DNA of 55,260 nt from Trichosphaerium sp. ATCC 40318 (Eukaryota; Protista; Tubulinea), in NCBI GenBank assembly GCA_038496445.1, contig JALMLS010000004.1, forward strand, positions 1 through 55,260, given 5' to 3'. Shown here piece by piece: positions 1 through 12,412 of this stretch. The position numbers were made by a program, and so were the translations under genes. Position 1 is the stretch's first letter. Every line of letters begins with the position of its first letter. The notes beneath the pieces were generated by a model that saw nothing but the letters and a program-made list of their open reading frames with translations, did not search any database and was not told the origin of the DNA.

Positions 1-206
1 CTCACTTGTAGTAAAAATCTTTTTGCTATTGTAGAATAAAGATCTGTCTCAAACGAGTTTTTCCAAAAGCGTTTGCTTGCTATTTTTCTGAAATCCAAGC
101 ATCGTTTTTTTTTGTGCATCTATCTCTTTTATTATTTGTAATTACAGCAAGAAAGCGCTTTGGTTTCTATTTTTTTTTTTTTACATCAAGTATATTTTTT
201 ACATCC

Positions 207-2638
207 TTAGAAGGGTTGGTTTGTTGGAAATTCTAATGGTGGTTGCGTGTGGTGCTGTGGTGCGCCAGTATTATATGCAGCTAGGTAGCTGTTAGTATGA
301 AGTAGAGAGCAAAACAAAATAACCTGGTGGTATGACAGAAGTCCTTATTGGTTGCTGGGTATTATAACCGTAGCCTTGAGTAGTCGGCACAGCGTTTGGA
401 GCCGGGACGGGCGATGCAAAAGGTGGATTGGATTGCTGTGTATTTGCGTATTATAACGGGATTCACTGGTGATGTGTGTTGAGTGGAGCGGGTTGAGCGT
501 ATACAGGAGTAGTCTTGGGGGTTGATAATGCTGTGTTGTGTGAGATGGTGGGCGCGATGGGCGCTGAGCTGGTTTTGCATATCTAGGGTATTGTTGTGAA
601 GGCTTGTGTGCACGTGCAACAGGTATATTGCTGTAATGTGTGTTTGAGTAACTTTGGTGTCCCGCTGAGTTAGCGTGAGGCAGTGGGTCGGAGTAAAATA
701 TGGATGGTTGCTGATAGGCGCTACATACTTTTGTGAGTAACCATAAAAAAAGCACTGCAAAGTCAACTTTTTCTTACTTTGTAGCATCAGGTGCTGATGG
801 AGCTCGTTTTGTGTAAGAGTCATCACGTACAATGCGTGTAGGGGCAAGTATGACTTTCCCTGCGGTTTGATACTACAACTTTGAGTTAGCTTTGTGTGTA
901 AAGGAAAAAAGTGTACCTGCTTGGTAGCGACGACACACGCTGCTTCTGCTGAGTGAAATGTAGTTCTATTGTCATGTCTTGCGGAATATATGATGACGGC
1001 TTTAAGGCACCCGCAAACACATTATCGATCTCTGGAACAGGAATAACAATACGGGAAGATTTCACAAAATTCGTGTGAAATGTGTATCTTTTGCTTAGTA
1101 TTAGTGAACTAACGGCATCATGTGACATACCTAAACAATGGAACAAGAGGGTACTTTGCTGCTGCCTTTATACCAACAATGGTTCCGTGCACTATTGTAA
1201 GTGAGTATCCAATATGAAAAAGCAATTACATACACCTGTTCAAAGTTTTACCAAAATGTACAGAGTTTTTTTGCGATGTGAAAGAACTTTAGTTGCACTC
1301 CTCCTCTTACAAATGTCTGGACAAATGTTATGGTTAAACTATATTAGTACCATAGAGGTACCTTTATCTCCATATCAATAATGCGATCATCCTTCCAGAC
1401 ACTAGTGCCAACAACTTCCTTTATTTGTGCCCTGGGAGCTGCCAGTTCCATTACTTTTATAACTGGCGTGCATGCGCCACCTGTAAGTAGCTACGTTAGA
1501 AAAACATTGTTCACACGTGTAAAACAACTTATGGGTTGTAACAATTACCTGTGTACGACTTTTTAAACGAAACTGTACCGCCGCCCCTTCCACAAGTGGT
1601 ACAGGTTTGATGATAACTTTGTCCAAAAACAGTTTTTTGGGCGAGTCAAATCCATGTTAGTACGCATTACTTTTTCGAAGTAGTGTACTGTCCTGCGGTG
1701 ACATATTACTTTCTGCTGTTTGAACGCTATTGGTACTTACCTGACCTGGCTTGGAAGTACCACATTGAGTCCGTTTTTGCTTCTGTGTTCATTAAAAAAT
1801 TTGATTGCTTCATCCGCTGTTTTGCATTTTCCGGAGCGAAGCAAGTACGAACTAACGTTAAATATCTTAGTAGGCGCGTGACTTATAGTATACATACCAT
1901 ACTATAGTTCCGGTTCTTGACCGACCTGCAAGGCAATGGACAGCCGCTACATTGCGTGCATCACTCTTGATATATGCGTCCATATCGCTTACAATGGTCT
2001 TTAGTAACGTCAGTGATGGCGCCCTAGTTTGAACATTCAATGAATGGCACGTGAACATTGAAACTTTTTTTTTTTTCTTATTTTGATGCAGTTTAAATGT
2101 CGTCTACACGCACGAGTGGTCTGGAAATCCATATTCTTTGACTTGATTGTGAAAAGCGTGGTAATCGTACTTGTCGGTACTCACATTGTATACCTGTTAA
2201 ACGTGTACGAAATGAGTGGGTGCTAATTTGGGGGTGGTTGACGATACTGACGTACTTTGTAATGCCCAGGATGCTTTGAATTCAGAAAATTTGCAACCGA
2301 CTTTACATTGTTTCGCCAATTCTGCAATTTTGTATTTAATTATAATTTGTGCCGTTTAGAAATTGCGTTGTGTACGCTCATAGCGTAAAATTGGCGAGTA
2401 AGCTTTTACCTGTGATACACCTTCCCCAGGAATACCCATTGCGATCACATTATCTGTGATGTACCTATTAGGCTACTTTTAGAGGCTGCATGTATTTTCG
2501 TAAGCGATTTACGTTAGATCCAGGTCAAAGCCATCAACTTTATGCCTGTATTTATCACCAGATACTTGAGATGCAATTAGATGTACAAATACGTTAAAGT
2601 ACTTTGTGCTAACCTAATTCGCGCATTTTTTTCTTCAT
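207..2638 (-). CDS. PTEN-family phosphatase (phosphatase + C2 + P/Q/N-rich tail), left copy with apparent indels
   Basis: Mirror of 9702..12140; the 3' exon is frameshifted relative to the right copy. Confidence 0.75.
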
Positions 2639-2777
2639 TGTGAGGAAAGGTAGGCTGTGTTTAATTACCAGGTCGTGTGATTGTGTTTACAAAAAGAAAC
2701 AATAAAAAGCCTTACGCCAACGCAAGTCAATGCATTTAAAAAAAAAAGTGTGTAACAGTTTTTCTCCCTTATATGCA

Positions 2778-4320
2778 ATGCAACACTCTATAACCTCTTT
2801 TTTTGGTGCCAAGGCCAACGTCAACCCGCATTTGAGCAAATTACCTGGAACGTCACCGCGCAGGCGAAAAAATAACCGCTCGTTTACAAATCAAAGTAAA
2901 ACGTTGAGCAGTTCGCCTATAAGTAGAATTGGTAATTTGAAACGCAAACGAGCCACAGAAACAAAAAAAGGGCGCAGTGTGTTTGATTTTAATGAAACAA
3001 GCCCCGTGAAGAAGCGCAAAGTAGTTAAAAAGAAGAAGGTGCTCAATACGCTACGATTTTATACTCTCCAACCGAAAGGGTACTGACGCACAAGTTAGAC
3101 ATCTAACCCAGAGAAAGACCAATACCTAATCGATTTCGGGCAAAATGGTACGTTTGTAAAGTTTCTGTAGCGCAATAAATCACCAACACGTTTTTTCGCG
3201 TAGGCTTAAAGGAGGAGACATGCCCAGTGTGTAATATGACGTACTGCCCCTCCAATCCAAAAGATGTTCGCATACACAACAAATTACATGACAAAATAAC
3301 TGGACAGACGCCAATACGATTGATTTGCCAATTACGTGCAGTTTTTATAAACTTATTTTGCAGTACAAGCTTTGTTTTTTTTTGAATTTCGCGCCACCGT
3401 CCTTTCTGACTTGTACAAGGCTTGGAAATCGATGACTGTAGTGCGTCGATGGCAAACGACACCAAAATCTTATGTGATTTCGATCGACACGCAATCGGCA
3501 GAGTATCAGCGCACAAAGGTGCAAGAAATACGGTAATGCTCTCACTCGCCTTGTTAAAATCATTCTGACAGGCTGATTATTATAGTAAAATGGTGATGCT
3601 ATGCTAAAATTCTCACACGACGTTACGCGTGTGCCCAATTGTGAGAAGGTGATGAACGGTTGTAGTGGTTTACTTCTTGTTGACGTTGCTGTTAGACGTT
3701 TGTTTATATAGAGGGGAAGAAAGTTCTTGGCTGTGTTGTGGCTGAACGCATTAAAAAGGCATTTCCTTTATTGACGGATTCAAAAAAAAGTTCACCTGGT
3801 GATGTGCGTTAAAACTAGATGGGTTTTTAATGTTGCTGATACTTCTAGGCCGATACACTTGATGACGCAACTGTATCAGAGAATAGTGATAAACCTGAGG
3901 AAAAAGAAAATCAACCACCCAGTTCAGGTAGGTGCAATAAATTGTTGTGTAATGCTGATATGATAGTCCTAGAAAATGTTTCTGGCTCCATAAGGTACAA
4001 TGCTCAAGATTCTAGATTAGCTATGATTGGTATATCACGTGTTTGGGTATTTTCTAAATCTAGGCGTCAAGGCATAGCCACCAAGTTGCTTAATGTTGCA
4101 AGGTAATATTGTTGTAAAAAACCTAACATAACGTTATTTGTTTCAGGTCACAATTTGTTTATGGTAATGTTGTAGACAAAACAAAGATTGCATTTTCCCA
4201 ACCTACAGCTGAAGGCTTTGCATTTGGAAAAAAGTATTAGTGTTAATTAATGTGGATTGTCATTAATTTTTGTGTAGGTATTTTGATCAAAAAAGCTTTT
4301 TAGTGTATCCTTTGGATTAA
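2778..4320 (+). CDS. ECO1: ECO1/ESCO cohesin acetyltransferase, left copy (garbled near 3310-3345)
   Basis: Spliced translation gives an N-terminal PIP-like MQHSITSFF, QYLIDFGQ, a zinc finger CPVCNMTYCPSNPKDVRIHNKLH, GNAT motifs GISRVWVFSKSRRQGIATKLL and IAFSQPTAEG, and ends FLVYPLD*. Confidence 0.8.
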
Positions 4321-4644
4321 TGAAGGTTATTTCAAATTGTAAAATAAATATAAAGTAAAAGCATGTATGTACTGTTAATAATTGGTAAACAATATTATTT
4401 GTATGTAGGTTTTAAATGTACAATGTAATTGGTTTATAGTTTAATCAACAGTTTGAAACTGTCACATACATCTTTGAATTGTTTTACAAAAGTAAAATCT
4501 TGTAAAGCTCTAAAACAACTATTTAATTCTAAAACTAAGCAGTAGTGTTTGGTTACAGTAAATAGTTATAGGTACAAACAATATACAAATAGATAATAGT
4601 ATTTGAAGCTTGTAAAGGCCAACATTGCATAAGCAAAAATGTAT

Positions 4645-4883
4645 AACCCTAACCCTAATTTTGCTTAGGGTTGTAAACCTAACCCTAGCCCTAAATCAAA
4701 TTTGCAACTACCAGATAAAACCCTAGCCCTAACCCTAAACCCTAACCCTAAACCTAAACCCTAAACCCTAACCCTAACCCCCTAAAAAAACTCCTACCCC
4801 TAATTTACAAACCTCTAATGTTCGTGAAACCCTAGTATCACTGAATTAGGGTTTTTGACACTAGGTTAGGGTTTAAACCCTAA
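4645..4883 (+). repeat. Telomere-like tract, (CCCTAA/CCCTAAA)n with variant and inverted units
   Basis: A run of ccctaa/ccctaaa at 4721-4803, plus head-to-head units at 4651-4672, 4827-4854 and 4866-4883. Confidence 0.9.
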
Positions 4884-6642
4884 TTTTCGCTGATTCTCAT
4901 TCAGTGAACCAAATACCAAAAAAGGGCAAGTCTTGCTCATTAAGCGAAAATAAACACTGAATATTAAAAAACTTAGTACTTTTACAAAAAACACCTCATA
5001 ACTCTACACCAAGGTAATATATATTGCTCATAATTTATATACAACAAATCAAGGCATATAACATACGATACATTAAGCGCTACATGTATGATGATATACA
5101 TGGCGAGTATCAGGCAACCCTAATGGATAAAACTATAAAATGACAAAAAATATTTATTTGTTATCACTACTAAATGCCATGATCATTTAGGACTAAATCA
5201 TTTTATTTCTATGTAGCTACAATATAATACTAATAAAAATATTTTGTATGATAACATAGATGATATTAAAACTGTTATTTACATCATTTTTTAATACAAA
5301 TAGCATTTTTGTATGTTGACATTGAGAAAAAACCTTTAATTTAGCACTAAGATGATATATTCTTTTATAAAAGGTATGTTATATATCTAATAATCAAATA
5401 TAAAAACAATTATATTATGTTATTTTTAACATAAGTGGCCTTGATAGACAGTATGATCCAAAAAAAAAATAAAAAACTATAATTCTCAAAAAACAAGCTG
5501 TGTCGCTGCATTAAAAACATCTATGTATTCATGTTCACAAGTCATCGACCACCATGCTTGAGATCATGTATGTGCAATAGATTGCAAATATATGATATAA
5601 GTCCAACAAAATAGATGAATTGCATAAACACACACCAAAAAAAATTATTGGCACTAAAAAAGCTCTATGCCAATATAATTTTACACCCATGAAAACATAT
5701 CCAAATGGATAGAAATAGCCATATAACAAAGATATATGGCATCAAGAGGTATCATGGAGGCAAAGCTGTTTTTTGCAAAATGCATTTTTTTGGTTTTTTA
5801 CCATAAAGTATGATTGTAGGTAGCTTCATCAAGATCATCTATGTATATAAATAAATTACAAGATGATGCCATGATGTTTGTTAATAGGAAAATGAAGAAT
5901 CGCACACCATAGATAATAATGGGGGGCTTGTGCATCAACGAACAATGTCATCATTTTTGCCAAAAGGGCACAAACTCAAAATGCTTCTAAGCCTTCAAAT
6001 CCAACCATCATTTTTTGTTTTTATATAGGCTTAAATAAATAAAGTATATAAGATGGCATAACAATTTAAAGTAAATATTCATAGGGGGTATGGTGAACGA
6101 CCACTAAAAAATGAAAAAATGGAGGAAATTTCTACATTTTCCTTAATTTGGATCGCATATATGCCACCCCACCAAATAACTGTATACCTCTTATTATTGC
6201 TATGCAAGTACTACATATCCTCAGTCGCCATCGATCCATCATGTTGTTGGCCGTGACCATTTCGAAAACATATGCTATAAAAGGTAAAACATATAAATTA
6301 ATTAATAACTATTCATGATGGACAGGTATGACAAAATAGATGAATGCATTGGATTTCTTGAGCAAAATGGCATACATGTATATGCATAAGTGAATTATAG
6401 GTGATCATGTAACTGCAGCCTCCAAGCAAAGATGTGCTCAATTTTTTGCTAAAAAAATCCCATTGGAAAAATCAAAAAAAATCCAAAAATCAAAGAATGG
6501 CTCACCAAATCGACGTATACTGCTATAAAATCCTACAAACCACCAGCAATCGGGTAATTTATGCCAATGTATAAGGTACAAAAAACGAAATTGGCTTAAG
6601 CGATATGATAAGGTATGCGGTAATGCATGGTTCAAATTAAAT

Positions 6643-6659
6643 CCCTAACCCTAACCCTA
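6643..6659 (+). repeat. Short interstitial (CCCTAA)3 telomeric motif
   Basis: ccctaaccctaacccta. Confidence 0.75.
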
Positions 6660-6819
6660 CTCATATGCAATTCCAAAAGTAATACTCTAAGAATTCTATG
6701 GGTAATACTTACGGAATTTCATATAAATTCAATGGAATGAAGGAAGAGTTTTTTCCGTCTATTTTTCCCATAGGAAAACAGGGTGGATTACTTAAAAATT
6801 CCCATTTCTATTTTACTAC

Positions 6820-7420
6820 TGAATATCTTGGATTTCCTCATTTTTTCACATGAAGCGCTTTGCTTCAAAATGCATTCCACTGTGAGGTTTGTATGTACCG
6901 CTTCGCTAAATAATGCATTCCACTTTTAAATATTGCAATTCTTATTTCACTACAATACTTTGGATTTCCTCATTTTTTCGTATAAAGCGCTTTGCTTCAA
7001 AATGCATTCCACTTTGAGGTTTATACATGTACCGTTTTGCTAAATAATGCATTCCACTTTAGGTATTATATTCTTTTTTCATTATAATATCTTGGATTTT
7101 TTCATTTTTTTCACATGAAGTGCTTTGCTTCAGAATGCATTCCACTGTAAGCACCGCATATGTGCCGCTTCGCTGAATAATGCATCTGATATTAGGTGTC
7201 GCATGCATACCGCTTCGCTACAGTATCTTAGATTCTTTTAATTTTTTTTTCACATTAGGTTTTGTAATATGGCGCTTCGCTTCAGAATGCATTCCACCAT
7301 AATCTCTGCATGCCTACCGCTTTGCTACATAATGCATTCCACTTTAGGTCCCGCATGCATGCCGCTTTGCTACAAATTGTTGGATTCTATGAGTTTTTTG
7401 CTTTTTTGCTGCTTTGCTAC
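6820..7420 (+). repeat. Degenerate ~132-bp tandem repeat (~4 copies), probably subtelomeric
   Basis: The anchor ttggattt recurs at 6828, 6960 and 7092, then more loosely at 7228 and 7380. cgcttYgct...aatgcattccac occurs twice per unit. Confidence 0.85.
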
Positions 7421-7564
7421 AGAATGTTGTCATTGTGACCCTATAATATATCGCTTTGCGATATATTTCTACACAGTGCTTCGCACTGTTACATAGTACT
7501 ATATGTATAAGTATCGGCAACGTATGTTGCCTACATGCTGTTTAGCAACAGCATAGATCATAGT

Positions 7565-7704
7565 CCCTAACCCTAATTGGCTTCTAGGGTTTAACCCTAA
7601 TCGTTGTTTAAATCTGTTAGGGCTAGGGTTTTATCTGGTAGTTGCAAATTTGATTTAGGGCTAGGGTTAGGTTTACAACCCTAAGCAAAATTAGGGTTAG
7701 GGTT
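7565..7704. repeat. Interstitial telomeric motifs in both orientations
   Basis: ccctaaccctaa at 7565; ttagggctaggg at 7617 and ~7655; ttagggttagggtt at 7691-7704. Confidence 0.85.
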
Positions 7705-8030
7705 ATACATTTTTGCTTATGCAATGTTGGCCTTTACAAGCTTCAAATACTATTATCTATTTGTATATTGTTTGTACCTATAACTATTTACTGTAACCAA
7801 ACACTACTGCTTAGTTTTAGAATTAAATAGTTGTTTTAGAGCTTTACAAGATTTTACTTTTGTAAAACAATTCAAAGATGTATGTGACAGTTTCAAACTG
7901 TTGATTAAACTATAAACCAATAATACATTGTACATTTAAAACCTACATACAAATAATATTGTTTACCAATTATTAACAGTACATACATGCTTTTACTTTA
8001 TATTTATTTTACAATTTGAAATAACCTTCA

Positions 8031-9562
8031 TTAATCCAAAGGATACACTAAAAAGCTTTTTTGATCAAAATACCTACACAAAATTAATGACAATCCACAT
8101 TAATTAACACTAATACTTTTTTCCAAATGCAAAGCCTTCAGCTGTAGGTTGGGAAAATGCAATCTTTGTTTTGTCTACAACATTACCATAAACAAATTGT
8201 GACCTGAAACAAATAACGTTATGTTAGGTTTTTTACAACAATATTACCTTGCAACATTAAGCAACTTGGTGGCTATGCCTTGACGCCTAGATTTAGAAAA
8301 TACCCAAACACGTGATATACCAATCATAGCTAATCTAGAATCTTGAGCATTGTACCTTATGGAGCCAGAAACATTTTCTAGGACTATCATATCAGCATTA
8401 CACAACAATTTATTGCACCTACCTGAACTGGGTGGTTGATTTTCTTTTTCCTCAGGTTTATCACTATTCTCTGATACAGTTGCGTCATCAAGTGTATCGG
8501 CCTAGAAGTATCAGCAACATTAAAAACCCATCTAGTTTAACGCACATCACCAGGTGAACTTTTTTTTGAATCCGTCAATAAAGGAAATGCCTTTTTAATG
8601 CGTTCAGCCACAACACAGCCAAGAACTTTCTTCCCCTCTATATAAACAAACGTCTAACAGCAACGTCAACAAGAAGTAAACCACTACAACCGTTCATCAC
8701 CTTCTCACAATTGGGCACACGCGTAACGTCGTGTGAGAATTTTAGCATAGCATCAACCATTTTACTATAATAATCAGCCTGTCAGAATGATTTTAACAAG
8801 GCGAGTGAGAGCATTACCGTATTTCTTGCACCTTTGTGCGCTGATACTCTGCCGATTGCGTGTCGATCGAAATCACATAAGATTTTGGTGTCGTTTGCCA
8901 TCGACGCACTACAGTCATCGATTTCCAAGCCTTGTACAAGTCAGAAAGGACGGTGGCGCGAAATTCAAAAAAAAACAAAGCTTGTACTGCAAAATAAGTT
9001 TATAAAAACGCACTGCAATCGTAATTGGCGTCTGTCCAGTTATTTTGTCATGTAATTTGTTGTGTATGCGAACATCTTTTGGATTGGAGGGGCAGTACGT
9101 CATATTACACACTGGGCATGTCTCCTCCTTTAAGCCTACGCGAAAAAACGTGTTGGTGATTTATTGCGCTACAGAAACTTTACAAACGTACCATTTTGCC
9201 CGAAATCGATTAGGTATTGGTCTTTCTCTGGGTTAGATGTCTAACTTGTGCGTCAGTACCCCTTTCGGTTGGAGAGTATAAAATCGTAGCGTATTGAGCA
9301 CCTTCTTCTTTTTAACTACTTTGCGCTTCTTCACGGGGCTTGTTTCATTAAAATCAAACACACTGCGCCCTTTTTTTGTTTCTGTGGCTCGTTTGCGTTT
9401 CAAATTACCAATTCTACTTATAGGCGAACTGCTCAACGTTTTACTTTGATTTGTAAACGAGCGGTTATTTTTTCGCCTGCGCGGTGACGTTCCAGGTAAT
9501 TTGCTCAAATGCGGGTTGACGTTGGCCTTGGCACCAAAAAAAGAGGTTATAGAGTGTTGCAT
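8031..9562 (-). CDS. ECO1: ECO1/ESCO cohesin acetyltransferase
   Basis: Same motifs as the left copy (PIP-like box, C2H2 finger, GNAT fold), with GT-AG introns. Confidence 0.88.
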
Positions 9563-9701
9563 TGCATATAAGGGAGAAAAACTGTTACACACTTTTTTTT
9601 TTAAATGCATTGACTTGCGTTGGCGTAAGGCTTTTTATTGTTTCTTTTTGTAAACACAATCACACGACCTGGTAATTAAACACAGCCTACCTTTCCTCAC
9701 A
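9563..9701. promoter_or_regulatory. Putative bidirectional promoter between ECO1 and the PTEN-like gene (mirror at 2639..2777)
   Basis: The divergent start codons are only 139 bp apart. Confidence 0.5.
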
Positions 9702-12140
9702 ATGAAGAAAAAAATGCGCGAATTAGGTTAGCACAAAGTACTTTAACGTATTTGTACATCTAATTGCATCTCAAGTATCTGGTGATAAATACAGGCATAA
9801 AGTTGATGGCTTTGACCTGGATCTAACGTAAATCGCTTACGAAAATACATGCAGCCTCTAAAAGTAGCCTAATAGGTACATCACAGATAATGTGATCGCA
9901 ATGGGTATTCCTGGGGAAGGTGTATCACAGGTAAAAGCTTACTCGCCAATTTTACGCTATGAGCGTACACAACGCAATTTCTAAACGGCACAAATTATAA
10001 TTAAATACAAAATTGCAGAATTGGCGAAACAATGTAAAGTCGGTTGCAAATTTTCTGAATTCAAAGCATCCTGGGCATTACAAAGTACGTCAGTATCGTC
10101 AACCACCCCCAAATTAGCACCCACTCATTTCGTACACGTTTAACAGGTATACAATGTGAGTACCGACAAGTACGATTACCACGCTTTTCACAATCAAGTC
10201 AAAGAATATGGATTTCCAGACCACTCGTGCGTGTAGACGACATTTAAACTGCATCAAAATAAGAAAAAAAAAAAAAGTTTCAATGTTCACGTGCCATTCA
10301 TTGAATGTTCAAACTAGGGCGCCATCACTGACGTTACTAAAGACCATTGTAAGCGATATGGACGCATATATCAAGAGTGATGCACGCAATGTAGCGGCTG
10401 TCCATTGCCTTGCAGGTCGGTCAAGAACCGGAACTATAGTATGGTATGTATACTATAAGTCACGCGCCTACTAAGATATTTAACGTTAGTTCGTACTTGC
10501 TTCGCTCCGGAAAATGCAAAACAGCGGATGAAGCAATCAAATTTTTTAATGAACACAGAAGCAAAAACGGACTCAATGTGGTACTTCCAAGCCAGGTCAG
10601 GTAAGTACCAATAGCGTTCAAACAGCAGAAAGTAATATGTCACCGCAGGACAGTACACTACTTCGAAAAAGTAATGCGTACTAACATGGATTTGACTCGC
10701 CCCAAAAAACTGTTTTTGGACAAAGTTATCATCAAACCTGTACCACTTGTGGAAGGGGGCGGCGGTACAGTTTCGTTTAAAAAGTCGTACACAGGTAATT
10801 GTTACAACCCATAAGTTGTTTTACACGTGTGAACAATGTTTTTCTAACGTAGCTACTTACAGGTGGCGCATGCACGCCAGTTATAAAAGTAATGGAACTG
10901 GCAGCTCCCAGGGCACAAATAAAGGAAGTTGTTGGCACTAGTGTCTGGAAGGATGATCGCATTATTGATATGGAGATAAAGGTACCTCTATGGTACTAAT
11001 ATAGTTTAACCATAACATTTGTCCAGACATTTGTAAGAGGAGGAGTGCAACTAAAGTTCTTTCACATCGCAAAAAACTCTGTACATTTTGGTAAAACTTT
11101 GAACAGGTGTATGTAATTGCTTTTTCATATTGGATACTCACTTACAATAGTGCACGGAACCATTGTTGGTATAAAGGCAGCAGCAAAGTACCCTCTTGTT
11201 CCATTGTTTAGGTATGTCACATGATGCCGTTAGTTCACTAATACTAAGCAAAAGATACACATTTCACACGAATTTTGTGAAATCTTCCCGTATTGTTATT
11301 CCTGTTCCAGAGATCGATAATGTGTTTGCGGGTGCCTTAAAGCCGTCATCATATATTCCGCAAGACATGACAATAGAACTACATTTCACTCAGCAGAAGC
11401 AGCGTGTGTCGTCGCTACCAAGCAGGTACACTTTTTTCCTTACACACAAAGCTAACTCAAAGTTGTAGTATCAAACCGCAGGGAAAGTCATACTTGCCCC
11501 CTACACGCATTGTACGTGATGACTCTTACACAAAACGAGCTCCATCAGCACCTGATGCTACAAAGTAAGAAAAAGTTGACTTTGCAGTGCTTTTTTTATG
11601 GTTACTCACAAAAAGTATGTAGCGCCTATCAGCAACCATCCATATTTTACTCCGACCCACTGCCTCACGCTAACTCAGCGGGACACCAAAGTTACTCAAA
11701 CACACATTACAGCAATATACCTGTTGCACGTGCACACAAGCCTTCACAACAATACCCTAGATATGCAAAACCAGCTCAGCGCCCATCGCGCCCACCATCT
11801 CACACAACACAGCATTATCAACCCCCAAGATCTACTCCTGTATACGCTCAACCCGCTCCACTCAACACACCTCATCCAGTGAATCCCCGTTATAATACAC
11901 AAATACACAGCAATCCCAATCCACCTTTTGCATCGCCCGTCCCGGCTCCAAACGCTGTGCCGACTACTCAAGGCTACGGTTATAATACCCAGCAACCAAT
12001 AAGGACTTCTGTCATACCACCAGGTTATTTTGTTTTGCTCTCTACTTCATACTAACAGCTACCTAGCTGCATATAATACTGGCGCACCACAGCACCACAC
12101 GCAACCACCATTAGAATTTCCAACAAACCAACCCTTCTAA
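9702..12140 (+). CDS. PTEN-family phosphatase
   Basis: Spliced: [39 protein letters not shown]...YGFPDHS...VHCLAGRSRTG...LPSQVR, then a C2-like region and a P/Q/N/Y-rich tail ending NQPF*. Confidence 0.88.
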
Positions 12141-12412
12141 GGATGTAAAAAATATACTTGATGTAAAAAAAAAAATAGAAACTAAAGCGCTTTCTTGCTG
12201 TAATTACAAATAATAAAAGAGATAGATGCACAAAAAAAAAACGATGCTTGGATTTCAGAAAAAATAGCAAGCAAACGCTTTTTGGAAAAACTCGTTTGAG
12301 ACAGATCCTTTATTCTACAATAGCAAAAATATTTTTACTACAAGTGAGTCTTCATTGAATATCGTGGCTTTGATTTGAGGTACCGAAAATCGATAAAATA
12401 AAAAAAAAGAAC

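Larger units (their letters stand above)
1..4733. repeat. Left arm of a 4,733-bp inverted repeat (reverse complement of 7616..12348), running to the window edge
   Basis: Base 1 (ctcacttgtagtaaaaat) mirrors 12348. Identity ends at ...aaaaccctagccctaac (4733), mirroring 7616. The ORF track shows the same peptides on opposite strands. Confidence 0.97.
7616..12348. repeat. Right arm of the inverted repeat
   Basis: Reverse complement of 1..4733 apart from scattered indels (mostly homopolymer), a few substitutions and one garbled patch. Confidence 0.97.

Noticed and set aside
6820-7420. CRISPR array
   Set aside because: Eukaryotic context, degenerate repeats, no unique spacers and no cas genes.
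4645-7704. End-to-end telomere fusion
   Set aside because: A fusion would read TTAGGG...CCCTAA; here the order is CCCTAA...TTAGGG.
1-12348. Transposon with giant terminal inverted repeats
   Set aside because: The arms are ordinary spliced housekeeping genes, no transposase is visible in the loop, and the left arm runs off the window.
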